Shown piece by piece: positions 37,449 through 48,684 of a stretch of 64,000 bases of DNA (its first letter is position 1; each line of letters begins with the position of its first letter). The position numbers were made by a program, and so were the translations under genes. The notes beneath the pieces were generated by a model, which was not told the origin of the DNA, ran no database searches, and saw only the letters and a program-made list of their open reading frames with translations. The DNA lies in contig NW_003314330.1 in the NCBI RefSeq assembly GCF_000143415.4, forward strand, positions 1 through 64,000, in the 5' to 3' direction. The DNA is from Selaginella moellendorffii (Eukaryota > Plantae > Lycopodiophyta).

Positions 37449-37817
37449 ATGCTTGTGTTTTGGTTCCTCCTGGGATTAACCGTGTTTTTTATTGCACTGG
37501 CTATCTTTCGCTGCATTTTCATGGAAAGTCTCTACCAATTTGTGAGATCATTCCCGCAGGAAACCCAAGATCGACTGGCCGAGTTCCAGGACGAATCCAT
37601 CCTCCGGATCACAAAGGGCTTCACGTCAATCCACAGCCAGCAGCTGGGCAGCACGATCTACATAGGTGTTCTCGAGAGCGGGGAACAAGTCCTGGTCCAT
37701 AAATGCTCTGGTAAAGGGGAATTCAAGCGCGCGTTTACAGAAGCTTGCAATTCGGGGCGTCTCCGCGGCTACTGCATTCGATACAGCGCGATCGTTCTTA
37801 GTTCACCGCAGCAGTGA
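37449..37817 (+). CDS. 122-aa TM protein with a degenerate receptor-kinase N-lobe only (paralog 1)
   Basis: N-terminal TM, then F..ESI..ITKGF..IY.GVLESGEQVLVHK..EF..LRGYC..IVL, then stop. Confidence 0.75.
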   Translation: MLVFWFLLGLTVFFIALAIFRCIFMESLYQFVRSFPQETQDRLAEFQDESILRITKGFTSIHSQQLGSTIYIGVLESGEQVLVHKCSGKGEFKRAFTEACNSGRLRGYCIRYSAIVLSSPQQ

Positions 37818-38331
37818 AAGTTTTTCCAAGAGTGTTCTTGAGCGAAGCTTGTTCTTCTGATAAAGCGTGTTATTTCTAAGAAATATCCATTGTGTTTGCT
37901 TGTGAAAGTGGGCTCCTTTGCTAAAATTTGATGCTAGCAACCTTCTCTCCTATGGATATCCAGAGAGTATCGTGTCTTCAATCTCTCAGTCAATACTTTG
38001 TCCTTTGTATTTTGTTTGTTCCATCGCTTCCAATATACTATCAATGTAATGAGAAATCTCTCTCTGGCACGAGTTAGCAATAGTTCCCTTACGTATTTTA
38101 ACGTAGACACCATTGCAAGCATGGAACTCCGGCCATCTCATGGAATCTAACAGCACAACCTCTCTCCCCGCCATTTAGAAACAGGTTACAAGCAGCAAAG
38201 TCAAATTTCTAGATTCCCTGTTCTTCGCCCAAACGGCGGCAACATTTAGTCACAAACTGTTTCTGGATCGACCAGAAATATAAAGAGCCAGAAGAGCTTC
38301 GAAGCATCCAGCAAAAGTTGCAAGAGCGCCC

Positions 38332-38700
38332 ATGGCGTCGGAAGTAGTAATTATCGTCGGCATTTTGTTGTCAGCAATTGCGATCATGGCAGTCATCTGT
38401 CGGTGCATTTACTTTCGAAAGCTCACAAGCTTTGTGAGATCATTCCCGCAGCACAATCGGCTGGCGGAGTTCCAGGCCGAATCCATAGCCACAATCACGA
38501 AGGATTTCTCCTCCATCATCGCCCAGCACCTGGACAGCAGGATCTACGCGGGTGTTCTTGAGAGCGGCGATCAAGTCCTGGTTGAAAAGTTTTCTAGCAC
38601 CAAGGAATTCAAGCTGGCATTCGCACAGGCCTTGGAAACGGGGCGTCTCCGTGGGTATTGCATCCAACACACTGCACTCGTCCTTCACGCATTGCGGTGA
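38332..38700 (+). CDS. 122-aa TM protein with a degenerate receptor-kinase N-lobe only (paralog 2)
   Basis: Colinear with 37449-37817 (FVRSFPQ, RLAEFQ, GVLESG, GRLRGYCI); intact ORF. Confidence 0.75.
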   Translation: MASEVVIIVGILLSAIAIMAVICRCIYFRKLTSFVRSFPQHNRLAEFQAESIATITKDFSSIIAQHLDSRIYAGVLESGDQVLVEKFSSTKEFKLAFAQALETGRLRGYCIQHTALVLHALR

Positions 38701-39084
38701 AAGTCTCTGTCGGATCTAAAAGCCCAAGATCAATGTGGGGCAAAACTCACTCGAGAAAAAGTATCAAACAAGAAGAAAATGTTCATGGAGTTTCCCGGGT
38801 TGATGAGAACTGACAATCCCATCAACCAGAATGGCCATGGTCGATCTAGCGCCAAAGCCATTAGATCACAGGGTATAGAGAGAGCCCCTGAAATTGGTAA
38901 ATGGCGCACACTTCCCCTCTAGTCTAGCCGCCGCGGCTGCGCGAAACCCTTGCTAAGAACCCTAGAAAAGAAGAGAGGCGCATTGATTCTTAAAGCATCT
39001 AAGGTCCGACGTGGCAGATACCCTGCCACTTGGCATTTCCTTTATCGTCATCATCTCGTCCAAAACAAAGACTTCTCTCAAAGT

Positions 39085-40070
39085 TCCTGAAACAACGCAC
39101 GGCCCACATCACGTAAGCTCGGACTTATCCTCGGAAAGAATATCAAAAGAATTAAAATCAAAGATGAGAGACAAAGAAATCAATGGGATCGGCGACTTAC
39201 AGTATCCGCCCTGGATAAACGAGTTGAGCCGCTTGAGTTCTTCGCGGTGCTCGTCCACAACAGCGCGGACAACGTCACCGATCGATACCATTCCCAGCAT
39301 TTTCTTGTCCTTGACAACGGGGATGTGCCTGATGCGCTTCTCTGGTAAACCAAGAAGAAAGAACATCAAAATGGCTCAAATGGAATCTAAGATGATGAAG
39401 TTACCAGTCATGAGCTCCATTGCCTGGAGAACTCGAGTGGAGGGTGTGACAGTAATGAGCTTGTTCTGAAAGAGAGCGAATTTTACGTGAGTTATTGCGA
39501 GTCTGCGATAGATACCCACCTCTTCAGTCATGATATCCCCAACTTTGGTTGTTTTGGAAGAACGCCCCTGGACTATGATCTTCCGGAGATAGTCTGAGGA
39601 AAAAAGAGAAAAAAGTCCGTGACTAAACTTTGCCGCTTTCATGAGAAACTACTGACCTCTCTCGGTGATAATTCCAGCGATGGCTCCCTTCTCGCCCTTC
39701 TTGACCACCAAGAGCGCTCCCACATTGTGAGTTGTCATCTATGAAGTAACATCATAGTGTGTTTTAGAAATCGAGAGAAAGAAAGCCCCAAAAGAAAAAA
39801 CTACTCAACAGATCTCACGGCCTCGTACACAGTGTCGTCGGTGGAACAAAAGAGCCACGATCCATCGGCGCTCTTCCCCTTTCCTTTCAAGATATCTTCG
39901 ATGGTCGTGCTCTCGAAGCCATGCTCTTCCAAGCTTGACGGCTTGGCGACAGAGGATTCCCAGCGAGGGAGCTGGAACCGATCATTCGTGGCCGCCACGC
40001 GAAGATGCTTGAGAATCCCTTGCTGCGCGACCCTCCCCTGGGCACGAAGAGCTCCCGCGACGCTCTGCAT
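39085..40070 (-). CDS. CBSX3: Mitochondrial CBS-domain protein CBSX3, multi-exon
   Basis: EEHGFESTTI..KGKSADGSWL, NVGALLVVK, ITERDYLRKIIVQGRSSK, RIRHIPV, SIGDVVRAVV..IQGGY; the stop codon is split by the final intron. Confidence 0.95.
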
Positions 40071-40512
40071 TCTACATCCATGAGAAGATTATAGCTCATT
40101 TCCACGAGAAAATTTCATGCTCCATTCGTGCGATGCGGCTAGAATCTCATCTCTCGTGCATCTCTCAGCGATTCAAGGGAGAAATCACAAGAATCTGGCA
40201 TCAAGAAGAGGGATTAGACCTCGATCGAGAGATTTCTTGCCCTGGAAACGATCTTGCTAGTCGCCGAGCCCTAGCTAACACGAAGAATTCCTTCAAATGG
40301 ATTAAGTAGATAGCTCTTACAAAATGCCTCCCGATTGTCAGGATCGCAACACGTGTGACTGTGATAACCGTCGGATATGTGCCTTAACATTTCGACGCGT
40401 GTCCGTCTGTATGGCGTGCTTTCTTTTTGACATTGCTTTGGGCGCGAGAGTTTTAGGGCGAAGCACAGCTAGGGCTCCCGGAGGAGCGAGGATTCGCCGG
40501 CAGCGAAGCTCC

Positions 40513-41421
40513 ATGACGAGAGAGGATTTTCCAATCCACGAAGGCCTCAAATCTGTGAGTATCAGCGACGCATTCACGACAAGCAGCGAGGATGAGCGAG
40601 CTCCTGAGCAGAGCTGTGATGAAATCTCCAAGCCAGATGTGGAGCAGAAGCTGAGAGGGATTTTGAGCAATGCCGGTGTTAGCTCGTTTCACTTCAAGCG
40701 AGTCCCTGCGGATTACTATGAGAAAACGCTCGAAGAGAGGAAGGAGGTGCTTGGAGCGGTTTCGATCGATCATCTTTGCAAGAGTATGGTGATGGTATGT
40801 GCCGATGGCGGCATTTTCTATTTGTTCTTTGATCCATTTTCCATTGCATGCGCAGGTAAACACCCAGGCTCCATCACACATCACGGATTGTAGCGATCGG
40901 AAAAATTCTAAATACTACGTCATAGTTGTCCAGGTAGCACCCTTTCTACCTATTGAAGTTTTTCTCTTCAACTTTTCAATCTTGCAGTACAATGCTCGTC
41001 TGAATGCCGAGAAAGTGAAGAAGTTTATCTACGATCTCAACGAAGGAAAAATACCAAAGAAGAGATTCAACTGTAAGCTTTTTCTCGTATGAAAATCCGT
41101 GTACGATTGGAACTGGTTTTCTTTGTTTTTCAGTGCGGCTTGCACCAGAGGAAGAGTCTCAGAGATTGTCAGGATACGAGCACAATGCTGTTACACCGAT
41201 TGGGATGCGAACAGACATTCCTGTAAGTTTTCCAAAGCATGCTTCGGGTTCTCACAAATTTTATCTCACAGGTGATTTTGTCCGATGCGATTGCCAATCT
41301 AAAACCCGATTTCTTTTGGCTGGGTGGTGGCGATGTTGATCTTAAGCTTGGCATCAACACTCAAGAGTTTATCGCCTTGACTAACCCCTTCGTGATCGAT
41401 TGCACTTATTCTGAAGGCTGA
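40513..41421 (+). CDS. YbaK/aminoacyl-tRNA deacylase-associated domain protein, multi-exon
   Basis: FKRVPADYY..LEER, HLCKSMVMVNT, SKYYVIVVQY, RLAPEE..LSGYEHNAVTPIG, FWLGGGDVDLKLG. Confidence 0.92.
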
Positions 41422-42336
41422 TTTTTTTTGGTCGCCCCGATTTTGGAAAAGAGAACGTATCCTTTATTCGAACCTCAGTTCTTACGTTATTCCACAGAAT
41501 TGGAACAAATCTCAAGACACGTTTCATTCTCATCCTGTTTGAATTCTTGTCAAAAAGACATCAATTCAGTTGGTGAAGCCAAATTGTATCTAATTATTTG
41601 TAACTTTTCGGACTGTCGGAATCTCCTCCTTTCAGACGGAGACATCAGTGAGGGTAAGTTATGCAAATGGATCAATCAGAACTAGATGATGTTGCAGCAG
41701 CCTATGCAGTCAGTGCCAAGAGATATCAACAAATACCTACTGATGTGAATAGAAACTGGTATAAACGAGACTAACTACCTGAGCCAAAGCTCTCGCCATA
41801 TTGACCTTTCGAATAAAATGCCTTGCTGAATTGTTTTTGCTCATGTGGATGCTTGAAGATTGCCATTTATACTATACGGCAGGAGGCAAGTGTACGGAAC
41901 AAAGTTGCTTACGCAATTGCAACTTCTGTGGAAATTGCTGGCGTTACCCTTTTGTCTCATGAGTATAAATTTTTAGAAAGACGAGCTTTTACTTGGGCTA
42001 GATTTGGAGTCGATGTATGACTCCATGTAGAGATACATCTAGAGTTGGAAAACAATAATAATAATAATAAGTGTTCTTGGAGGCATTTTAATTATTAACT
42101 AGCCTTTGCAAGATTACGGCTCCCTACTAGACATTTGAAAAAAATTGCTGTCAAGAGAGCTCTTCCTTGTTTTTCATCTCGTCCAATTGTGGATTATTGC
42201 AAAATTCACTGTTCTACGCTGTTATTTTATCTTTTAACAGAAAATGTAAGTTAATTATGATGAACAATTCATAACTTTGAGTGAAATTTAAAGTTGGGAA
42301 TGGAGGTAAAGCCCTAGGCTAGGACTTGTCCACGCG

Positions 42337-44022
42337 ATGACGGCATTCTTGCGCCCCGGGGCGAGTAGCGGCTGGAGCATCGGGTCCGGATTTGGGGCGC
42401 CATCGCGAAATTCCAGCTCCGGCGTCTCCATGCGCGCCACGAATCGGGTATGTTCTTGGATTTGCAGCGATGTGTGGAGCGATTCTCTTCTGTCTTTCCA
42501 GCCCGACGAGGATTCTGCCAAGGAGAAGGCGGTCTTTGCTCCGCCAAGCACCATGCCTGAGACCCCGGCAGAGTGGAAAGGGTGGGAGGAGAAGCGAATC
42601 CAGGAAGAGATTATTTCCAAGCAGGGTATTTCGATTCGTCGGCGGCCCCCGACTGGACCTCCGACTCACGCTTGCGGGCCGTTTGATTTTAAACTCCAGA
42701 ACGAAGGAAATACTCCTCGAAACATCCTCGAAGAGATTGTGTGGAACACAGAGCGAGAGGTCACAGAGGTATTACATTCTCTGATACTCTTGCTATTCTT
42801 TTTCTTTCAATGGTCGTTTTCTCTTTACTGGATGTAGATGAAGGAGAAGACGCCGTTGAGTGCTTTGCATAAAGCTTTACCAGCTGTTGATCCTCCGCGG
42901 GACTTTATAGGTGCTCTAAAGGCGAGGAAGGCTGAGACGGGATTGCCAGGACTTATTGCCGAAGTGAAGAAGGCATCCCCGAGCAAAGGAGTCATCCAGC
43001 CCGACTTTGATCCGGTAAGGTTGCGGAGTTGTGAGCAAGCGTGTGTGATAGATGGTTTCCAGTTTTGTGTCGCAGGTGCGTATTGCAAGAGGATATGAGA
43101 GAGGTGGAGCGGCATGTCTCAGCGTTTTGACGGACACCAAATATTTCCAGGCAAGTTCTTAGACGTGGTTTTGTTTGTCTCTCAAAACTATGGTTTTTCA
43201 GGGGAGCTTTGAGAACTTGAAGGCCATTCGTGAAGCCGGGGTTCAGGTATCAAACGAGCTTGACTTTTCCAGTTGACATGTATGATGTGCTGTTGCAGTG
43301 CCCGTTGCTGTGCAAGGAATTCATTATTGATGCCTGGCAACTCTACTATGCTCGAATTAAAGGTGCTGATGCCGTTCTTTTGATTGCTGCTGTGCTTCCG
43401 GATCAAGATCTTTTATACATGACAAAAATTACGAAAGCTCTCAAGATGGCTGCACTTGTTGAGGTATAAGCACTCTTATCCTTTACATGATTCTCATATG
43501 GATTATATGGATTGTACATTTCAGGTTCACAATGCAGTGGAAATGGATCGTGTGCTACGTCTTCCAGGAATACAAATGATTGGGATAAACAACAGGAACT
43601 TAGGTGAGTCGGGTTCAATGTTCTATTCGAAACTTAATGGAGTTCGCGTAGAAAATTTCGAGGTTGACATCACGAACACTGAGAGTTTGCTACAAGGAGT
43701 GAGGAGCGGAATCATTCGGGAGAAAGAGATTCTTGTATGTTTTATTCTCGTGCTTGAGTTTATTCTAATGATCGTTTGGGCAGGTTGTTGCTGAGTCCGG
43801 ACTCTCCACACCGGACGACATAGCGCTTGTTCAAAATGCTGGAGTTAGTGCGGTAAGTGCTGCAGAGGTAGTTTCGTGAAGTTTTATGCAATGTAAACAA
43901 ATTCGCAGGTACTCGTCGGAGAGTCGCTGGTGAAGCAAGACGATCCGGCAGCTGGTATTGCAAGCCTTTTTGGAAAGGATATCAGTAGAGCAGCTCAGAA
44001 GAATGAAACAATCTTCGCATAA
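42337..44022 (+). CDS. IGPS: Indole-3-glycerol-phosphate synthase, plastid, multi-exon
   Basis: [67 protein letters not shown]; includes one GC-AG intron at 43151-43201. Confidence 0.97.
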
Positions 44023-44082
44023 TAAGCAAACGATCGGAAGTTTGGTACGATTTTCCGCTTTAGGGTTTATGCTCTGCTCGAG

Positions 44083-44975
44083 ATGGTGAGCAAGAGGCAG
44101 AGGCTTGCAAAGAAGCGCTTTCATGGCGATTCCGATGAAGCCCAAGTTTCAGAGGAGGAACCCAAGAAGGTGGTGCCAGTCGCAGCAACGTCCAAACAGC
44201 AGCTCAAGAAGAAACCAAAGAAGTTGAAGACGCATCCTCTTCGAGTTCCTGGAATGAAGCCTGGGGAAGGATGTTACATTTGCAAGGGAAAGGACCACAT
44301 TGCGAAGACGTGTCCGAAGAAAACAGAGTCTGAAAGCAAGAAGGTAAGCAAATTGTTTCAGTTCATGTCACAAAAATTCGATTTTTCAGGTGTGTCTTCT
44401 ATGCCGAGAGCGTGGGCACACTCTCAAGCATTGCCCAGCTGGAGATGTCAAGGACAAGGAAGCTAAGTTTTGCTATAACTGTGGTGAAACAGGACACAGA
44501 TTAGCTCATTGTTCGCAACCTCTCAAGGAAGGTAAACAAGTCCTACCTAGTTTTGAACGAAAAATGATACAAATGTATTTTCTTTATGTTTCCCAGGGGG
44601 TACTTCGTTCGCAGATTGTTTCCTCTGCAAGAAGAAGGGTCACATAAGCAAGAATTGTCCAAGCAACACTCGTGGAATCTATCCAAAGGTACGTGAATGC
44701 TGCTTAAGTTCGGGACAGACTTCACTGGGACTGTTCCAGGGTGGATGCTGCAAGTTATGCGGCGAGGTCACTCATCTAGCCAGGGATTGCCCGACGAAAA
44801 CCAAGGCACAGAAGCCTAGATTAAAAATAAGTAAGTACTGCGTGCAGTTTAGATCCAATCCAAACTCACCTTTTACGACTTTGCAGGCAAGGATGTGGCC
44901 CAAAGCGGCGAGAAGCGTATTGTTTTTAAAAGCGGCGATGATCTCGAGGACGACTTTGGAGAACTAGAAGCATAG
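44083..44975 (+). CDS. Multi-CCHC zinc-knuckle protein (ZCCHC9-like), multi-exon
   Basis: HPLRVPGMKPGEGC, five CX2CX4HX4C knuckles, GIYPKGGCC, acidic SGDDLEDDF tail. Confidence 0.92.
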
Positions 44976-45054
44976 TGTAAGCGTTCGTTCTTAAATATCT
45001 AACAAGCTCCCAGATTACTAACTGGGAACTCTTCACATCCCGTGCTAAGCGCCC

Positions 45055-45491
45055 TCAACTGCACACACATGTGAACGTGAAAAAGCAGCACCCTCGAATG
45101 GAGGTTCGATTTTCGAGAGGGTTCTCCTGTTCCATGAAGCGAGCAGCGTGTCCCTTCTTCATGCCGTACCGGGTGCTCAAGACGAACGAGCTGCCCCTGC
45201 GGAGATCGGCCAAAGTCTTTCCAGTTGCCTCCAAGGCGTCTGCGTACTGGAAAAGCCCGCGATCATCTAAGAAAGCTCTCAGCTCCAAGGCATTCTGCAA
45301 CGACATCGTGAATTGGGTAGGCCAAGTTGATGCTTTGTACTTACTTGCTGCTGTTTAGTGAGACCGAGAGATTTCATATCGTTCTTGGTCATGGACTTGA
45401 GCGAGTGGACGTCGTCGTAGCCATTTGTGGTGAAGACCTTACTGCTTCCCGCGAGAACACCGTTGCCAAGGTACTCCTCGAGAGTCTGCAT
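45055..45491 (-). CDS. Small tandem-SAM-like protein with Cys-rich tail (copy 1, 2 exons)
   Basis: A 50-bp intron (45295-45344) joins GYDDVHSLKSMTKNDMKSLGL to LRAFLDDRGLFQYADALE..YGMKKGHAARF; ends GCCFFTFTCVCS. Confidence 0.8.
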
Positions 45492-45836
45492 TTCGTGCTT
45501 ATCCGTGAACCTCCTGACTCGTTTTTAAACTCTAATCTGACGCCTTGCAACAGTGTTTCATACTCTTCAAAGTCGCTTGTAGTGCTTAGCTCACCTTGAG
45601 ATTTCTTAAAGGTATTTGCGAGAACGATTCTAAGCAGCTGTATCGGGATGATCTCAGCTGCAAACAGGTAACATTAATATTGTTGTCAACCTTGGACTTA
45701 CTTGCTCGTTATCCCTCTTGATCCTCGATTTGAGAGATTGGATGTCTTCGTAGCCTTCTCAAAATCCTTCACTTTGGAATGCAAGTAAGCCGAATAAACT
45801 CGTTCCTTTTTTATTTTAAACAGGCCAAGGTGAAAG

Positions 45837-46172
45837 CTAGTGACAGGATTTTCCACAGAGTGGCACAAACTTGGTTACATTGACGCAGCCCTTCTGGAGC
45901 TCTTGGCTGCACAGGCATGGCAGAGGAAATCGCAAGAGGCTCGAGCAGCACTCGTTCAACACGCCGCTCCTCAAGCTCCCGAAAACCTCTCGCTGGTTTT
46001 GGGACGAAAGCGAGCGCAGTGCCTTGACAATCCTCTTGGAGCATCCAGAAGCCTCGGCCGAGACACTCTTACCATCACACATTGTGGAGCGATCATCACG
46101 GGCATACCCATAGCTTACCAGCGCCGCAGCCACCACCACCACCACCACCACCGTCCTCAACATCATCATCAT
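45837..46172 (-). CDS. Secreted 9-Cys LTP/prolamin-superfamily-like protein A
   Basis: Signal peptide; C-x11-C-x30-CC-x9-CLC-x7-C-x9-C-x3-C. Confidence 0.8.
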   Translation of the reverse strand: MMMMLRTVVVVVVVAAALVSYGYARDDRSTMCDGKSVSAEASGCSKRIVKALRSLSSQNQREVFGSLRSGVLNECCSSLLRFPLPCLCSQELQKGCVNVTKFVPLCGKSCH

Positions 46173-46437
46173 TATCTCTCTCTCTCTCTCTCTCTCTCTT
46201 ACTCACTCAGTTTGAGCATCCACATTTTTTTCTTCCTTTCCTATTGTTCCTGCCAGAACACTTGGCGCGCACTCTCTGAGCATTCACATTTTTTCTTCCT
46301 TTTCTATTGTTCCACCCAGGAATTGGCGAACACTTGGAGCGCTCTGCGTGACACATGTCCGAGAAGAGAGATAAGCTTCTCCCCTCTTTTCTCATTTCTT
46401 CTTTCACTTGTTGGCATCGCATCGCAGTGCCTAGAGT

Positions 46438-46776
46438 TTGGAGATGAAGAGTGTGTTCTCCATCCTTCTCGTCTTAGGCTTGACTGTTCTCCTTGCGGAT
46501 GCGCAAGGGAGGGACTGCAACAAGGCGGAGATCGTCGACCTGGCAACACGGTGCTCCAATGGCTTACTTGGCGCGCTCGAGCCGCTACCACGCGTGATTG
46601 GTCCGACCACTGATCTGTGGCCCGCATTCCAGTTGGTTGGCCGCCTCCTCCAGAGCTGCTGTGGCACTTTAGTGGTGAGTTACAACACGAGCTGCTTGTG
46701 TTCTCCTAGCGTCTCTTCCGGCAATCGCTGCGTGGATGTGAAGAGCTGGGTAAATCTGTGTGGGAGAGAGTGTTAG
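46438..46776 (+). CDS. Secreted 9-Cys LTP/prolamin-superfamily-like protein B (ATG probably at 46444)
   Basis: Signal peptide; C-x11-C-x34-CC-x10-CLC-x9-C-x9-C-x3-C. Confidence 0.8.
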   Translation: MEMKSVFSILLVLGLTVLLADAQGRDCNKAEIVDLATRCSNGLLGALEPLPRVIGPTTDLWPAFQLVGRLLQSCCGTLVVSYNTSCLCSPSVSSGNRCVDVKSWVNLCGREC

Positions 46777-47042
46777 TTAGCTTGGAGCTATGGTGTGACT
46801 CCATTGCAAGAAAAATAATTTTAAGAAAACATACACACTCATATGGAACAATGAGCTTGTAAACCAAACAGAAGTGATTGCTTTGCTTGAGGTGATCTTT
46901 CTGGGATTGAGGTGATCTTTCTGGGAAACTTGTTTGCCAGAGGACTTGCTAGAAGATCGTCCAGGTATATAAGCTCCATGAATTTCATTAGGAGGAGAAT
47001 CAGTAGCTTAAATAGTAATCATTCAAGTTTCTCAATTCACCA

Positions 47043-47500
47043 ATGTCTTCATCTTCTTGTCAGCTATTGTCATGGCAGGAGTTTTAGCCGTGGACCCAGA
47101 GCTGTCTCGGATTACGCTGCTAATCCCGCCACCACCAACGCGAGCTTCTTCACTTTCACTGCCTTTCGCGGCAATGTCACAGCTGCGCCAGGAGCTTTCA
47201 TCTTCTTCTAGTCAGGCTCGGTCAATCCCCCACACATCCATCCCCAGGCCTTAGAGCTCCTCTATTTGTTAGAGGGCTCGCTCACCGTTGGCCTGGTGGA
47301 CACCACCAACAAGCTCTTCGTCCAGAAGCTCGAGATGGGCAACATATTCGTCCACTTCCAATTCAATGATGGACAGTATGCGGCAAAGGCCATCTCGGTG
47401 TTTGGGCTCCAATGCTGGCACCGTTTCCATCTCCGCCACCATCCTTCTGTTGGTCATCGACGATCAGATCATTCAAAGGGAGCACTGGCACCATCCAGAC
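47043..47500 (+). pseudogene. Germin-like (cupin) pseudogene
   Basis: NASFFTFT, GSVNPPHIHPQALELLYLLEGSLTVGLVDTTNKLF, VHFQFN; frameshifts, an in-frame stop and internal deletions. Confidence 0.9.
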
Positions 47501-48009
47501 GCTCAAGAATGCCCTCACAGCATAAAAAGCTGCCAAGAAAAATTGCGAAGAAGTACTGGCTTGTGTCTCCTGATTTTGTTTTTGGTCTGGAAGTGCGGGA
47601 AAATCGAGTGTTTTACTCTGCTGCCCCAAAGAGCCTGGACAAGAAATTCCCTTCCAAGATTTCACTTGCCACCTGGTTTAAGCATATTCGCATTTTTTGA
47701 AAATTAACGGCTCCTCTAGCTAGTCAAGTTTGTCATGAACAAAACTTATTTATCAAAGCCAGAAACAACTAATGTCTCTTCACTAACTTGCTTTTGCAAC
47801 GCAACTGTGAGTTCTCCCATCTCATTTTATGTTTTACAGGCAGATATTTCTACACGATCAATATTTCTCTATAACGCAATCTGTTTTATCTCGAGTCACT
47901 GTGTTAGTCAACATTTGGTCAACGTTTTTATGAAAGGAAATATAATAATTGAGGAAAGCTAAACCTCTTCAGCATTGTCATTGTCGTTGTAGTATACTGG
48001 TAAGTATTT

Positions 48010-48370
48010 CTGCCTGTCATGTGGGCGATCCGAGTTCGATCCCAAAAACGGTGATGCTCCCATTTTCTAGCTCTTTTTCATAATGATCATGCTCACTCGG
48101 AACCAGTGTTGCAAAATGCTCCCGGATTGACTGATCTTGACTGGAAGAAGAGCCTGGCCACGGAGATGCCGAGACCACCCAGAGCTGCGAATTCTGCGAG
48201 TGATGACTTCTGCACCATGAAAGCTCCTGCTGGAGGGCTGAGTTCGCTGTGAAAGCCAGTGAAAGTGAAGAAGCTCGCGTTGGTGGATGCGGAATCAGCA
48301 GCGTAATCCGGGTCTGTGGCAAAAACTCTTACCACAACAATAGCAAGAAGAAGATCACTAGCGAAGACAT
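48010..48370 (-). pseudogene. Germin-like pseudogene fragment (inverted paralog of 47043-47500)
   Basis: DPDYAADSASTNASFFTFTGF..AEFAALGGLGISVARLFF..SVNP; frameshifted, with the metal-binding box deleted. Confidence 0.8.
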
Positions 48371-48684
48371 TGGCGCCACAAACAAATTATATGCTCACTC
48401 AAGACTAGGAAAGCAAACTTGCTCTTTGCGCTACTAATACCCCTACGCATGGAATTCTTGGAGCTTTTATACCCGGGCAATCTTCTAACAAGACCGCGTT
48501 ATTCCTCTGGCAAACAAGTCTCCCAGAAAGATCACCTCAAGCAAAGAGACCACCTTTGTTTGATCTACAAGCCCATTTGTTTCATCCACTGTTCCATACA
48601 AGTTTGTGTGTGCTTGTCTTTGCGATGGATAGCAACTAACACTTTCTCCCACACAGATTCACCCAGCTCTTCACATCCACTTAG

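Noticed and set aside
43151-43201. GC-AG intron in IGPS
   Set aside because: Real but a well-known minor splice class; not novel.
45840-46613. 257-aa ORF with poly-His spanning the LTP-like pair
   Set aside because: Antisense to poly-Val/Met codons of the signal peptide plus a CT microsatellite.
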